A stretch of DNA of 64,000 bases, taken from the NCBI RefSeq assembly GCF_001194135.2, contig NC_068982.1, positions 49,761,148-49,825,147 on the forward strand, written 5' to 3'. Below the pieces are notes generated by a model. The model saw nothing but the letters and a program-made list of their open reading frames with translations. It searched no databases and was not told the DNA's origin. The position numbers were made by a program, and so were the translations under genes. The stretch comes from Octopus bimaculoides (taxonomy: Eukaryota). Each line of letters begins with the position of its first letter. The first letter of the stretch is position 1. Shown here in pieces: positions 11,717 through 25,482 of this stretch.

Positions 11717-13588
11717 ATATACATGCATAAATATCATTAAGTATATATATTAAATCAGTTTTACTCTCATCACTGCTGGTTGGAAGTAACAATACAAGAA
11801 AAGAAATTCAGTTACATTTTAGTTATTAGAGAATCTGTGAGTAGAATGGGAGCAGGTTTTTATGATTTATTAACACTGATTATTTGTGCTGTTTCTTTGC
11901 CATTGTTCAGAATGATGTGATCTTTGAGCAGTAAACAATCTAGTTGTTCATTGGGCTTCTATCATTTTGACATTTACTACTTGCTTGCTCTCTCTCTTTA
12001 GAAACTAATTATATCTGCATAGGTGGAGTTTAGGTTTAAATAACCTTATTTTGAGTAGCATCACACACACACATACACACACAGTATTGTTTTTCTATCC
12101 TCAATACTGTGGCATGACTTAGAAACAGTAACCAGTGAAGCTTGTATAATAGAAATCCCACTCCCTCCAAGGCCCTTCTACTGTTATTAACATTTTGTCC
12201 TGACAGTACTAAAACTCCTTCTGACAAGTCATAAAATTCTAAAATGTCATAAATAATGCTATATCATAAAGATCAATATCACACATTGATGGCTGGATGA
12301 TCCGCTGAACTCTGGATAACCACTGTCACTTGCTTTAATTAAATGGCAACGTTCGTTTTGATTGATTTTCTTACATATTTTAAAGCATATTTCCAATGCT
12401 TTATTCTTCTCATAAAATACCTCTGCAAAATGCAAAGAATGGCTGATAATTTGGTAGAGTAATAGACACGCCAAAAGTGTATGGTATAGGAAGTGTCAAG
12501 ACCGGTCTGCAACAACTGTACCTTAAACAATGTGAAATGAAATAACAGCAAAATCAGTTCACAAAATCAATGAATATAGAAACAGAGCCAGCTGGAGTGT
12601 TATATCAGTTTAGCACATTCTTACATTCTCTGAAGTCATAACACTCAGATGTTTTCATAAAAGTGCAGTTTCTGAAACTGAAAATAAAATAAAATCCTCC
12701 TTTCACAATAAGTAAATGAATAAACTTTAATGCATTTTGCTTTTGTTGTTTAAATTTCACATGGAATTTATTTTATTCCATTTTACTTTTTTTCCTTTTA
12801 TTCAAAAGTTTCATTTCAAAAGATAACCACCTACAATCTCATGCAGAGATTTCCCATAAGGAAAAGTTCTTTGATAAAATCTAGCATTACCATTTTAAAC
12901 AAATAGGCCCACTAGTGAGAAAGAAATTCAATAATCTGGTCCAATATAATAATTTAATAGAAAAAGGAAGCTGATAAAATTGGAGAAATAGAATAAATAA
13001 TGGGAATAAAAGGATTTTTATATTCTAAAGTAATGTTAAAAGCAGCTCCTTTTCTCTAAAAATATACATACAGTATAACACAACTCCTAATTCCAGTAAT
13101 GCTTCAGACATCAATATTATTCCACCTTACAAAGTGGAGCTTTGAAAAAGATCCTGTGCAACTGGTTTTATACAGAAGTATATAAAATAAATATTTTTAG
13201 GTATACTCTTTACTCTTTTACTTGTTTCAGTCATTTCACTGCGGCCATGCTGGAGCACCACCTTTAGTCAAGCAAATCAACCCCGGAGCTTATTCTTTGT
13301 AAGCCTAGTATCAGTTTCTATCAGTTTCTTTTGCCAAACTACTAAATTATGGGGACATAAACACACCAGCACCGGTTGTCAAGCGATGTTGTGGGGGAAC
13401 AAACACACAGACACACAAACATATACACATACATACATATACATATATATACATATACGACGGGCTTCTTCCAGTTTCTGTCTACCAAATCCACTCACAA
13501 AGCTTTGGTTGGCCCGAGGCTATAGTAGAAGACACATGCCCAAGGAGCCATGCAGTGGGACTGAACCTGGGATCATGTGGTTAGTAAG

Positions 13589-13660
<72 letters not shown>

Positions 13661-14004
13661 TGGTTGGTTCCAAAATGAACTTTTTGACTGTACAACTATG
13701 CATGTATGCTTGGCTGTGTGGTCAGAAAGTTTGTTTTGCAAACTATGTGGTTCTGGGTTTGGTTCCACAATGTGACACCTTTGGCAAATCTCTTTAACTA
13801 CAGCCTTGATGCTTGTGAGAGGAAATTTAACAAATAGAAACTGTATGGAAGTCTGTCATATATATGTGTGTGTATATCTATGTATGCGTGTGTATATGTG
13901 TGCATGTCCTCCCCCCTCCACAATGTAAGCGGTTCACCAAAGAGATTCATAAAAGAGTTACCAGGTTTCAATACAAATACTGGGAACAATATAAATGAGT
14001 GAAC

Positions 14005-14168
14005 CAGTGTTTCTCAACTATTTTTTTTTTGTCTCTGGACCCCTTTAATTGCTATTTTTCTCTACTGAACCTTCATAGAACCAATTTATTGCACATTAAC
14101 AACAAAATTTTGTATGGACCCCCACCACTAGCCCCAACGGTCATGTGGACGTCAGTTGAGAACCACTG
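14005..14168. mobile_element. hAT-type MITE
   Basis: TIRs CAGTGTTTCTCAAC / GTTGAGAACCACTG; 8-bp flanks gagtgaac / gactaaac (6/8 match, decayed TSD). Confidence 0.75.
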
Positions 14169-15186
14169 GACTAAACCTTTAAAAAGCCTAAAATAATAAT
14201 AGATTTTAGGGATTGAATGAATCATGAATTATCATTTAGCTTCAAGATTTCAGTGATGTGAAAGTTTATTTTTATAACATTGTAGGGAAGGTGTGAGGGG
14301 CCAGATTTGGCCAGTTTAAACATAAAGCAAGTAGAATATTTTGACTGGATATAACTGGTTTAAATANNNNNNNNNNCGCATATCATCATCATCATCATTT
14401 AATGCCTGTTTTCCATGCTGGTATGGGTTGAACTGTTTGAGAAGAGCCTGAAGGACTGTTAAAGCTCCATATCTGTTTTGGCAAGGTCTCTATGCCTGGA
14501 TGTCCTTCCTAACGCTAACCTCTTTACAGAGTGTACTAGGTGCTTTTACGCAACACCGCTATGGGTGCTTTTTACATGGCACCAGCACCTATGAGTTTGC
14601 AAGATTAAGGATGCACAGCTGGAGAGGATTACAGGGGACAATCGAGCATCATAGCTGGGTATCTGGTTTGAGCCAGAGGGTTGATTGCACACAGTCAGTT
14701 GATAGTTTTTACTGATTATCTATAAGGATGCTATGGCTTCTAAGTAACTTCAGGGTTTGTCTCTCTCTTGTAGTACCTGGTACAGATGATAGCCAAATCT
14801 CTAGAAATATATTTATTGGTCTGCAGAGGGCATCCACAGTTTGTTGTTGGTGTTTTGACACTTACTACTTAACGCCAAAAATTTTCCCATGGCAAGCCAC
14901 AGTGAAAATAGCCTTTTCATTGGTCAAATATGTCACAAAGCATATTTCAACTCATCTAAAGTATGCACGCACACACACACACATATATATTAATATATAT
15001 ATATATATATATATCCAAGACAATTGAAATAAGGAGAATTATACACCTACAGAGTTTTTATCATTATTATTACCATTCAATCCATCTAGCTATACCTTGG
15101 CTTATACTCAAGTGCTTGTACAGTACCTGCCTGGATCTATTATTCCTATCTATTCACTATATATTTATATGAGTGAGTGTGTGTGT

Positions 15187-15234
<48 letters not shown>

Positions 15235-18200
15235 ATACATACATATACATATGAAAAACTGCAGGCAGGAATACAAAAACAAAAATGCATCATTCCATTA
15301 TGGAAATGGGTCAGAAAATCACATAAATACTGTCTCAATACAGAACTTTCAGCAAGCAACAGGTTGAAGAATAGTTAGTTTATAAATAATAGTTACAGAA
15401 AAGCAGGGCAAAAAGAGACCAAAATATTTGATAAAACAACATCATATTTACGAGTCAAAACAAGTCATGTTGAAAAATCAATATTTTTGATGTCAGAAAT
15501 CAATATGAAATGGTTAATTTAATCTGTTTAAGCCATGAAAACAAATTCCAACCACATGATGGTAAAGTTTGTTTTAAACATTTAGAGCATTAAGTGCACT
15601 TTTGACACTAAATGAAGAGAAAGCTAAATGAAAGTTTGCTACATCTTTTTTTAAAGATGCAACTCATGTCAGCACAGAAAAGCAGATAAAATGATGATGG
15701 TAATGATGACATGTTAGCAAAAAATAATCTCATAGATTTACAGAGTTGAGTTTCTCAAGAAGAAAAAAAAAAAAAAAATACAGGCCTGTTTATTTAACTG
15801 CACTGTGATTAAATATTTAGACCTTTAGATTACTAGCTTAAAGTTATCAAGTCTGAACTTTGATTGTGACTTTGAATTTCCATGGTGTGGTCATTCTAAC
15901 AAAAAAAAAAAAAAATAAAAAAAAAAGAAACAGAAAAAAATGGGCATTTTTCCCAGTTAATAGTTGAATGGTTGGCATCAGGAAATGAATTTAGATGTTA
16001 TGCAAAACAACTTGAGGTTCAACAACTTGTGCCAATATTGTAAATTGCAGAACAATCCAGTCTGTGTTGACCAATGAAATCAGGTGTAAAAACTTTAGAA
16101 AAAAGATGAAAAAAGGCAAATTGTATATTTTTTATTGTGATTCTAAAATCAACAATGTAAGTATTTTAACTAAGTATTTTACAAAAGAAAATAATAAATG
16201 CTACAACAAGCGATGCTTTCTACATAACTTTCACAAAAAGAGAACCAAATAACTTTATTAGGACTAAGTTTCTGGCATTGATTGTTGAAGAACATATTAA
16301 GTTTATAATACAACTAACTCAGAGAACTTAAAGCAACTAGAAGTGATATTTGTAAATCTTACCACAACAGCTCAACAATTTTAGTTGACAACTAGCAATG
16401 TGCTGTAGTAAATGAGATAATCACCATACACCTCATAAAGTAAAGATGTATTTCAGTCACCAAATTTCTCAATAATAAACTGATAGAGTGGTTCATTTTG
16501 GTACAAACTACTTAATCATTTTCTCAACATAAGAGCAGAGATCGTTTTTGTTTTTTGATCTTGACATTATTTGGATAAATTTAATTCTTCCATGAATTTG
16601 TCTGCTTATCATACTTAAATACACAAATTTGCATTAGCCTACCACTACTACTTTTTTACGGGTGTTTTCATTCGGCATGTGTTTCATTCTCACCACACAC
16701 AGTACCATTTCAATCACATTAAACTAGCCACCAACTCACCTGCAACTAGTATTTCAGATTCATACCTCATATTTAAAGAATAACACAATATTGTTCTGTT
16801 GTGTGATATGAAATATATCATGTGAATGTATGTGTAATATTTCAAATCTAATATTAACCACAGTGCACATGTACTGGAGCATCAAGCAATAATAAAAAAA
16901 ATAAAAGCAGGAATGGCAGAAAACTCAAATCATTGAATAAAATTTTTAGAAAAATTTCTTGTCTATATAACAATTTATTTAGCAATTCCTTTGATTTTCT
17001 GGTGGATTCATATGAGACAGCTTTACTATTTTATTATTGTAACTGTTAAAGCCACAATCACTATTACTACTATTATTACCGCAGCTATCACTGTTGTAGC
17101 TATTTGTGCTCAAGAATGGAAGGGATTCTTTAAGACAAGCAATATAGAAGAAGATGTAGTATTATCATGGGAATCATTCCACTTGATTTTCATATTGCCC
17201 CTGGACAACATATATTACATAGAAAACTGAAACAACAAGCATAAAGAAAATATAAAGTGAACTGAAATAAACTCCTTCAGTTAACTGTAAGCAGAAAAAA
17301 AAAATGGATAAAATTTTACAGCCAAAAATTATTTGATAATACTCCAGCTGGTTTCCAAGCTCAGGCAAAATAATCACATTATGATTACAGCTTTCATATT
17401 TTTGTAACCAACATCACCATGACAAAGGAAGCTAAAAAAATCATATTAATAAGCTATATGTTTACAAATATCTACGAACATACTGCATCATATCATGTCC
17501 ATAGTGACTGTATTAATGATCTGGTGTCTGCCAAATTAAACAGTTTTTTTTTTCCTGTCACTTTTTGATAACTTATATGCAACAACTTTTCAGATTTTAT
17601 TCATCTAGCAACTTCTAAAGCAAGATTGTAGTTTTAAACCAATGCCTATCATTGAATATAATGATGAAGGCATGCAGGTTACCTGTGTTATGGATTTATA
17701 TCAGAATGATGTATGTTAGAAATTGCTTGAAAACAGTGAACTCATGTTAAATGATACAGTATAAGTACAAACATTAGAACAGGTTAAGACTAATGCTGAT
17801 CACTATAATTCTTATTCTTCAATATATTCTACTAAAAGCCTTTACAACATGGTCCAAATAATTCTAATGCTTCTCTGTGTGAAGTGGTTTCTACATTATT
17901 CAGATAAAGTGAATCTATTCTTTAAATTTTTCATTATTCTTTAGCAGAATGACAAAAATGAATTGTAAAAGTTTCAGATTTTCTTTTCTTAAGGTTATAC
18001 TTAGAACAGTTGATGGAACTGAAGTACTTGCTCTTCAGACTAATAGATCTAGGGTGGTCATAACTGGTAAACTGTGGCAACATGATTGTTATATTAACTA
18101 CACAAGAACAAAAAATGGGAAGCCATCACTGAAAGTGTGAGGAAGTAGAGACAGTTATTTGCAAAACATCATCAGTTATTGACTGGTCAAGAAACTATTC

Positions 18201-18329
18201 CTTTCATTTACAATAACAAGCATTTATCAAAGGCTATACACGGTGTAACAAAATTACAATTTTTAAAAATCTTTGCTCAATAAGTACTATTTCCTATTTG
18301 CTTCTATCTAGAAATCAAAGAAAACACTC

Positions 18330-18625
18330 ATGCCACTCTGTTGGTTATGACAACAAGAGCCCTAGTTGATCCAATCAATGGAACAGCGTGTTCGTGAAAT
18401 TAACGTGCAAATGGCTGAGCACTCCACAAACACGTGTACCCTCAACTTGGTTCCTGGGGAAATTCAGCGTGATACAGAGTGTGACAAGGCTAGCCCTTTG
18501 AAATACCACCCCCTGCTGGAGCTTCGTGGAGCTTTGGGTGTTTTCACTCAATAAACACAATGCCCAGTCTGGGAATCGAAACCGCGATCCTATGCTGCCC
18601 TAACCACTGGGCCATTGTGCCTCCA
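18330..18625 (-). mobile_element. tRNA-headed SINE
   Basis: The minus strand begins tggaggcacaatggcccagtggttagggcagc...ggtttcgattcccagac (A box and B box). Related copies at ~34600-34832(-) and ~55000-55170(-). Confidence 0.7.
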
Positions 18626-19283
18626 CAAAGAAAACACTACTATTCGCTTTGAACTTTGCTTTTGCAACCTGGACATCAATGTTTTGAAACTAATCTATTT
18701 CCCATTACATTTCAGACAGATTCAGTGCCAAATTGCTGAAGCAGAAATATCGTTATAACAAATAATCTGCTCAATACCACAGATTTGTTTGTCACTTGCT
18801 TGACCACTTGAAGATTTTCACTTAGTGGCTGACAAAATGTGTATCTCTGATCATGAACAAGAATAGTGGTGGGGGGCATCATAGCCATTTGTTGAGAGGG
18901 ATTCCTAGGGGTTTGAATAAATGTAACAAATGCAAAGTTTGAAGGAAATATTAGCCATTTTTCATTCTTTCTAGGGGTAAGCAAATATGAAATAGCAGTT
19001 GCTACTCAAGTACAAAATCATGTTACAAGTGTAATAAACTGTCTATTCAGGCAACTATTAGAGTTGCCTGAATAAACTAATGACATATTGCATCACCTGA
19101 GAAGAGAAAATATTATTGTTGATACTTTCTCCAGGATTTGTCTTGTCTCTAATTGTCCTACATCTCAATTTCATAAACATCTTTGTCATCCTTGTATCTA
19201 AAGCATTTATCATTATATGAAATCGAAAATGTTATCCCACAGTATGGATGATATGTATACCCTTTGTTAGGAACATTTCTATA

Positions 19284-19453
19284 TTAACACTTTAGCATTC
19301 ACATAACTCTGTCACATTGAGTTAATGAATCATGTATTATCATGTAGCTTTGAGGTTTTTAGCATAGGTGTAAGAGATAGATCTGGCTCATTTGAAAATA
19401 AAACAAGCAAAATATTTAGTCAGATATGACTGGTTTAAATGCTAAAGAGTTAA
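19284..19453. mobile_element. TTAA-flanked piggyBac-like MITE
   Basis: TTAA-CACTTTAGCATT...AATGCTAAAGAG-TTAA. The same family occurs at ~2075, ~14180-14365, 31424-31645 and 63230-63481. Confidence 0.75.
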
Positions 19454-19539
19454 AGCATGAATTTTTACCCAACATTTGCAAAACATGCTTCTCAGTAAGA
19501 TAATCTATTGACTTCTATAAGACCAATGGAATCACATAC

Positions 19540-19578
<39 letters not shown>

Positions 19579-20684
19579 TCATTAATAATAAGTACTTGAT
19601 ATTTACATTAGCACACGTGTTGCTACAGTATTATAAATTATAGACTAAATTATGTGTGGTAACTGGAAACTCAGTTTGTATGTATTGTGACCAGGTATCT
19701 CAGTTTATATCTTTGGAAGTCTTAAAATCCTCACTTTTTTTTATTTTTTTACCAAGCTGGGAATAAATCGTAACTGCTGTATGCTACACAATCCTGATCG
19801 GAATGCAAATGTGAGCAACATAATGGAACACTATCCAATTAGCCTTGAAGACTGCAAATCTCCATATCTCCAACTGAGAATTAGTTCTCGCAGAAGCCTT
19901 ACATTCAGTGACATTTTATTAACAGTATCTAACTGCACACTAAGTAAGAGAAGTTTTCTCTTCTCAAGATGAATAACAAATGGTGAAACTAAACATGTTT
20001 GGATAGTGCCTGGTAGAAGTGGGTTTTTCTGAGGTTCAAATTCGTTCCATTTTTTAAAAAGTTTTATTTATTTGTTTCTTTGTTTATTTTTTGAAAAGTA
20101 TCTTCACTGATTGGAAACAGATCTCTTAATTGAAGATGCTAAGACAGTAAATACCAATCCATAGTAAGGTATTCTATTAGATTGAATAGAGAAGAAGATG
20201 CTGTAAATTATAAAGAGCTTCTATCTTGCTCTACTAAAACTCAAAATGCTCATGAATTATCAGTAAACTAAATAAAATGAGTCTTGGGAGGGCCATAACA
20301 CTAATAATAAAAACCACACTCACTGACTTAATTTCACTATTTTGCTTGTTTATTATGAGTCTAGTTATCTAACCAGCTAACAAATCATTTCATTGTTTAA
20401 TCACTCAGTTAATCAATCAATAAGCTGTTTGTCAAAGTCCTTTCATCACCTTTTGTGACCACATCAATAACATGCCCTCTCTACTTAAGGTTAGCTACAA
20501 ATCTGTCTGTCATCCAAGAATCTGTTTCAACACCCAAGTTCATCAAGAATCTTGCAAACCAAATGCAAACACTTAAAATGTGAAGATGTCAATAAATTTT
20601 CTGATCAATGTACTTGTTATAATCCTTATAGTAATACCACTGATAGATTGCATTCCAGCATCTGATAATATTTTTGGTAAAAAA

Positions 20685-21420
20685 AGGGTGGTAAGATGGC
20701 AGAATCTTTTTAGCATGTCAGGCAAAATACTTAACAGCATTTCATCCATCTTCATGTTCTGAGTTCAAATTCCGCAGAGGTTGACTTTGCCTTTCATCCT
20801 TTCCAGGTTGATAAAATAAATACCAGTTGAGCATTGGGGTCAATGTAAGTGACTTGTTTGCTCCTCAACATTTACTGGCCTTGTGCCAAAATTTGAAGCC
20901 ATGATTAAGGCAGTGAGCTGGCAGAATCATTAGCATACTGTGCAAAATGCTTAGTGGCATTTCAACCATCTTCGTGTTCTGAGTTCAAATTCCACTGAGG
21001 CTGACTTTACCTTTCAGATTTCAGATTTGATAAAACAAGTATGAGTTGAGCACTGGGGATGATGTAATTGAGTTACCTGCTCCCTGAAATTACTGGCCTT
21101 GTGCCAAAATTTGAGACTAATATTTTAGGTAGAAGCAAGTATGATGATGAGGTGCGCATCAATACTCGAAAAATCAAAGTTATGGAAAATCGCTGGCAAG
21201 GAGATGAATTGTTGCCATCTCTAACAATTGAGGGTCTATCGTTGATGAAAGCAAGAAAGGTTGAAATCATGTGATCTGATGGTCTCAGCACTGAAGATAT
21301 AAACTAGTGTGCATTTTGCACCAAAAGCCCATATGAGAGTTACCCACTCCCCAAAGTTACTGGCCTTGTGCCAAAATTTGAAACCAATATTTTAGGTTGA
21401 AGCAAATATGATGATGGGGG
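20685..21420 (+). mobile_element. Head-to-tail cluster of one SINE family (two full copies plus a 3' piece)
   Basis: Repeated aaggcagtgagctggcagaatc...gagttcaaattcc...gactttgcctttcatcc...ttactggccttgtgccaaaatttgaa at ~20685, ~20908 and ~21340. Confidence 0.8.
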
Positions 21421-21449
21421 AAAACATAAAGATGCACACACTTACATAC

Positions 21450-21518
<69 letters not shown>

Positions 21519-22322
21519 CACACACATATATACAACAGATTTATTTCAGTTTGTCTACCAAGTCCACTTGCAAGGCTTTGATTAGCCTAAGGCAATAGTA
21601 GAAGATACTTGAACCCAGAACCATGTGGTTGGGAAGCAAGCTTCTTACCATATAGCCACACCTGCACCTATATGGCAAAAACAAATAATAATCTAATAAA
21701 GAATACAGAATATTACATTGTCTTTACTTGTAGCAATGAACCAAAGTCCTCCACTCCATTCCCTTCGCCTCAGTAAAAATCAAAGCTCATAATTGTTACA
21801 GTCTGAAGATTCAAAGAAGAAACTGAGTTTATTCTCATCATTAAACGTTGCAAGAATTGAAGAAAAATCAAACAATCAAGATAATTTTAGACGTGTGTTG
21901 TTTCATAAATGAATGATCTGCAACATTTTAAAATAGAAATTTACAAATCCTGCTCCTACTTTGTGCTTTCTGCTTTTTCCATTAGCATTTTACTTTTGAT
22001 GCTAATGACCGGCAGCTTGTTATTTCTTTTGATGTAAAGCAGACACAATTAAAAATATAATCAAACTGTATAGAGTCAATTCATGAGTTATAAATACACA
22101 CACACACATGCACATCTGTATGTACATACACACAAACACATCATTATCACTTTTTAAGATTATTTTTTCCATGCTGAAGCATAGCTGTGAGGTTAAAGAG
22201 CTTGCTTCCCAACCAAGTGATCTTGGATTCAGTCCCACAGCAGGGCAGCTTAGGCAATCATCTGCTATAAACCAAGGCAGACCAAATCTTTGAGTGTGAT
22301 TTTAGTAGCCTGAAACCCATCA

Positions 22323-22362
<40 letters not shown>

Positions 22363-22544
22363 ATCATCATCATTTAATGTCTACTTTCCATGCTGGCATG
22401 GGCTGGAGGGTTTGACAGCAGCTGGCTAGGTAGATGACAGCACCATGCTATGCTGTCTGACTTGGCATGGATGCCTTTTCTAACACCAACCACTTTACTT
22501 CTTTTATATATATATATATACATATATATATACAGGGTCTCCCA

Positions 22545-24600
22545 AAAGTTACCGATGGAATGCGAGCAGTCTGTGTGGAAGGGGAACTGAGGTGTGTGAT
22601 GAAATGAGGAAGAGGAGGGTGGATGTGTGCTGTGTGCAGGGGGTTAGGTGGAGGAGCCAGGGTGCAAGATTTGTTGGGGATCAAGGGAAGAAGGTACAAG
22701 TTGTGGTAGTCACGAAATAGCAGGGGGACTGGAGGTGTGGGAGTTTTGATGAAGGAAGAAATCTGTGAGAAGGTGGTGGAGGTCAGGAGAAAGAGTGTCA
22801 GAGTGATGACAATAGTGTTAGCATTTGAGGAAGAAGTGGTGAGGGTGATTTGTGGGTATGGTCCACAAAATGGAAGAGGGATCGCTGAGAAAGAGCGGTT
22901 CTTTGATGAAATGGCGAATAAGTGTGACTTACAAAAGGTAAATGAATTGGTTAGGGGCATGGGTGATTTTAATGGACATTTTGGGAAATGGATCCTGGGC
23001 TTTGAGAGTGTTCATGGGGAAAATGGAATTGAGGAGAGAAATCTGGAAGGAAGGATGCTGTTGGAGTTTTGTGATGAGAAAGAGTTGTGTGTGGTGAATA
23101 CATGGTTTAGGAAAACAGAGAAAAGGAAGGTGACTTTCAGTGCAGGAGGGAATGAGACAGACATTGATTTTGTGTTGGTTGGCAGGAAAAACAGGAAGTA
23201 TCTGAGAGATGGGAAGATAATACCAGGGGAGTTGCAGCACAGGTTGGTGGTTGCTGACTTGGATAAGAAGAAAGTTAAAAAGTGTGTGAGAAAGGGAATG
23301 GTTGAGAGGAGAAAGGTGTGGAAACTGAAGGAAGAAGCTACAAGAGCAATGTTTGAGAAGAGAGAGAGAGTTGGGAGTTGGTAAGCATTGATGTACCGGA
23401 TATGTGGAAGTCTTTTAAAGAAGGGGTGCTAAAGGCATGTGACAAAGTGTGTGGAAGAATGAAGGGTAGGAGAGATCGAGGAGATACTTGGTGGTGAAAG
23501 GAGGAGGTGAGGAAGAAAGAAGTGCACAAAGCTTTATGTAATAACAGGACTGAGCAAATGGAAGCCAGGTATAATAACAGAAAGAATCATGCAACATTTT
23601 GGGTGGTTGTGAGATCTATGAGGAAGGAAGTTGAGGAGAGGTTGAGTGGATGGATGAGAACCCAGATAGAGTTTTTAGGTTTATTAAATCAATGAAAAAT
23701 GATGGAAGAGATGTTGAGGGAGGAAGATACATGAAGAGTGATGGAAGGTTGAATTTTAGTGAGAAGGACAGGAGAAGAGTCTGGAAGTAGTATATGGAGG
23801 GAATTATGAATGAGGAGAATGAATGGGATCAGAGGGTGGAAGTTGGTGTGGTGAAGGGGCCAGTGGAGAGGGTTAGTCGGGAAGAAAGTTCGTTTGTGTA
23901 AGATGTGAGAAAGGAGCTGGAGGGCTGGCGAAGTCAGTGGAAACACTATGTGATGAGGTGGAGACAGTGAGAGGGTTTTGTTATTTGGGAGATAAGGTGG
24001 ATGTATGTGGTGGATATGAAGCAGCTGTGACAGCAAGAGCAAGACTTGGCTGGGTGAAGTTCAGGGAACATGGAGCATTGCCATACAGGAAAAGATTCTT
24101 ATTGAAGATGAAAGGAAAGGTTTATAGTTGTGTGAGAGCTGCAATGCTGTATAGGAGTGAGACATGGTCATTGAGAGAGAGAGACATAGCAATTTTGAGG
24201 ACTGAGAGAGCAATACTGAGAGAATTGTGTGACATGAGGCTATTTGATAAGAGGAGGACTGAGGACCTGATGAAGATGCTGGGGTTGGTGGAAACAGTGG
24301 AAAGGTTGGACAGGCAAATGGAGTACGGTGGTATGGACATGTGTTGAGGAGGGATGAGGAGCATGCTCTGAAGAGGGTGCTAGAGTTTGAGGTAAATGGA
24401 TAGCAAAAGCAAGGTAGACCACAGAAAATTTGAAGGGGACAGGTGGCGGAGGAGATTGGGAGGGTTGGCTTGAGAAGGGAGGATGCCCCAAACTGGACAA
24501 GATGGTGAGATGGTGTGAGGGCAGTTGCTATGGCACTGAGGTAGATCTGCCCACCCCTGTTAATGTGGACAAAACCTGGATTCAAAATGATGGATAATGA
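22545..24600 (+). mobile_element. RTE-clade LINE, decayed: APE endonuclease and post-RT C-terminus present, RT core deleted
   Basis: APE motifs: RVDVCCVQGVRW, VICGYGPQNG, GDFNGH, VVNTWFRK, TDIDFVLV, QHRLVVADL. At ~23887 VKGPVERVSREE joins directly to post-RT sequence (CDEVETVRGFCYLGD...ARARLGWVKFRE...KGKVYSCVRAAMLYRSETW). No YADD-type motif is present. There are many stops and frameshifts, and the element ends in aaaatgatggataatgatg. Confidence 0.93.
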
Positions 24601-25231
24601 TGGCAATGCTGATCACAGCAATGAATTATGGCTATTGTACAGAATACATCAATACAGTCATTGTTGAGCTGCAAATTGGGATGAATCAAGTAAAAATATG
24701 TTCTGGCCTTGAACATTCTTTATGTATATCCATGACTGTATTAATTAATTATATACTCTTTCTTTTTTTTTTAAAGATGAGGGAGATCTAGCTGCTCTTT
24801 CTAAACAGGATGAATGACCACATAGAGTTGCATTGCTGGTTTATAACAGCACAGTATTGTAATATAGTGTGACTACACAGTAGAGTTTATCATTCCAGAA
24901 AGTATATAAAAACACCTTGTTTCCTTTCATGTTACAATTAAAAAAGAGAAAGTAAAGAAAACATACTCCAAACATTGATTAACACACAATGTATGTTATT
25001 TCTCTCCATGTAATACAACCACCCAGAGCTATCATAAATATGAATTCAATAATCAATAAACACCTTTTTTTTTTAAAGATATCAGAGTAAATAGAATTTC
25101 ATCAATTGAATTCAGCAATAACTAGGAAAAGCAGATAGAAATAGTAGCAAGTACAACTCTACTTTATAGGTGATAATATATTTTTACATCATTCTAGCTT
25201 GACATACTGAGATAAAAATATTTGAGTGGGC

Positions 25232-25453
25232 GCTACCTTAGCATGCAGTCTACTACAGTATCTATAGCCTACACTGTGAAGTGACCTGAGCTGGGTTAGG
25301 ATTAGGGCTGAAGGAGGTTAAGGCTGGATTTTAGAGTCAGGGTTTAAGGTTAACATTAGGATTTAGGTTTAGAGTTTACATGTAGGGTTAGGATTTAAAG
25401 TGAGACTGCACACTAAACTTAAAATGGTCAGAAAGACTACAGGCTAAAGTAGC
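25232..25453. mobile_element. Small TIR-bounded element with internal degenerate TTAGGG-like repeats
   Basis: gctaccttagcatgcagtc (25232-25250) matches the reverse complement of gactacaggctaaagtagc (25435-25453) at 16/19. The interior reads ggttaggattagggct...gggtttaaggtt...ttaggatttaggtttagag...gtagggttagga. Confidence 0.55.
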
Positions 25454-25482
25454 ATCCTTGAGGATTCCTACATCCTTTTATA

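Noticed and set aside
16741-16800. Possible minus-strand mini-exon TILCYSLNMRYESEILVAG with a canonical gtgagt donor
   Set aside because: Only weak similarity to KATNIP MDYEAPLMPCG, the intervening exon is missing, and the context looks like dispersed repeat.
21800-21835. CTGAAGA-TTC-aaa-GAA-GAAA-C-tga-G-TT hammerhead-like string
   Set aside because: No stem I complementarity; expected by chance in AT-rich DNA.
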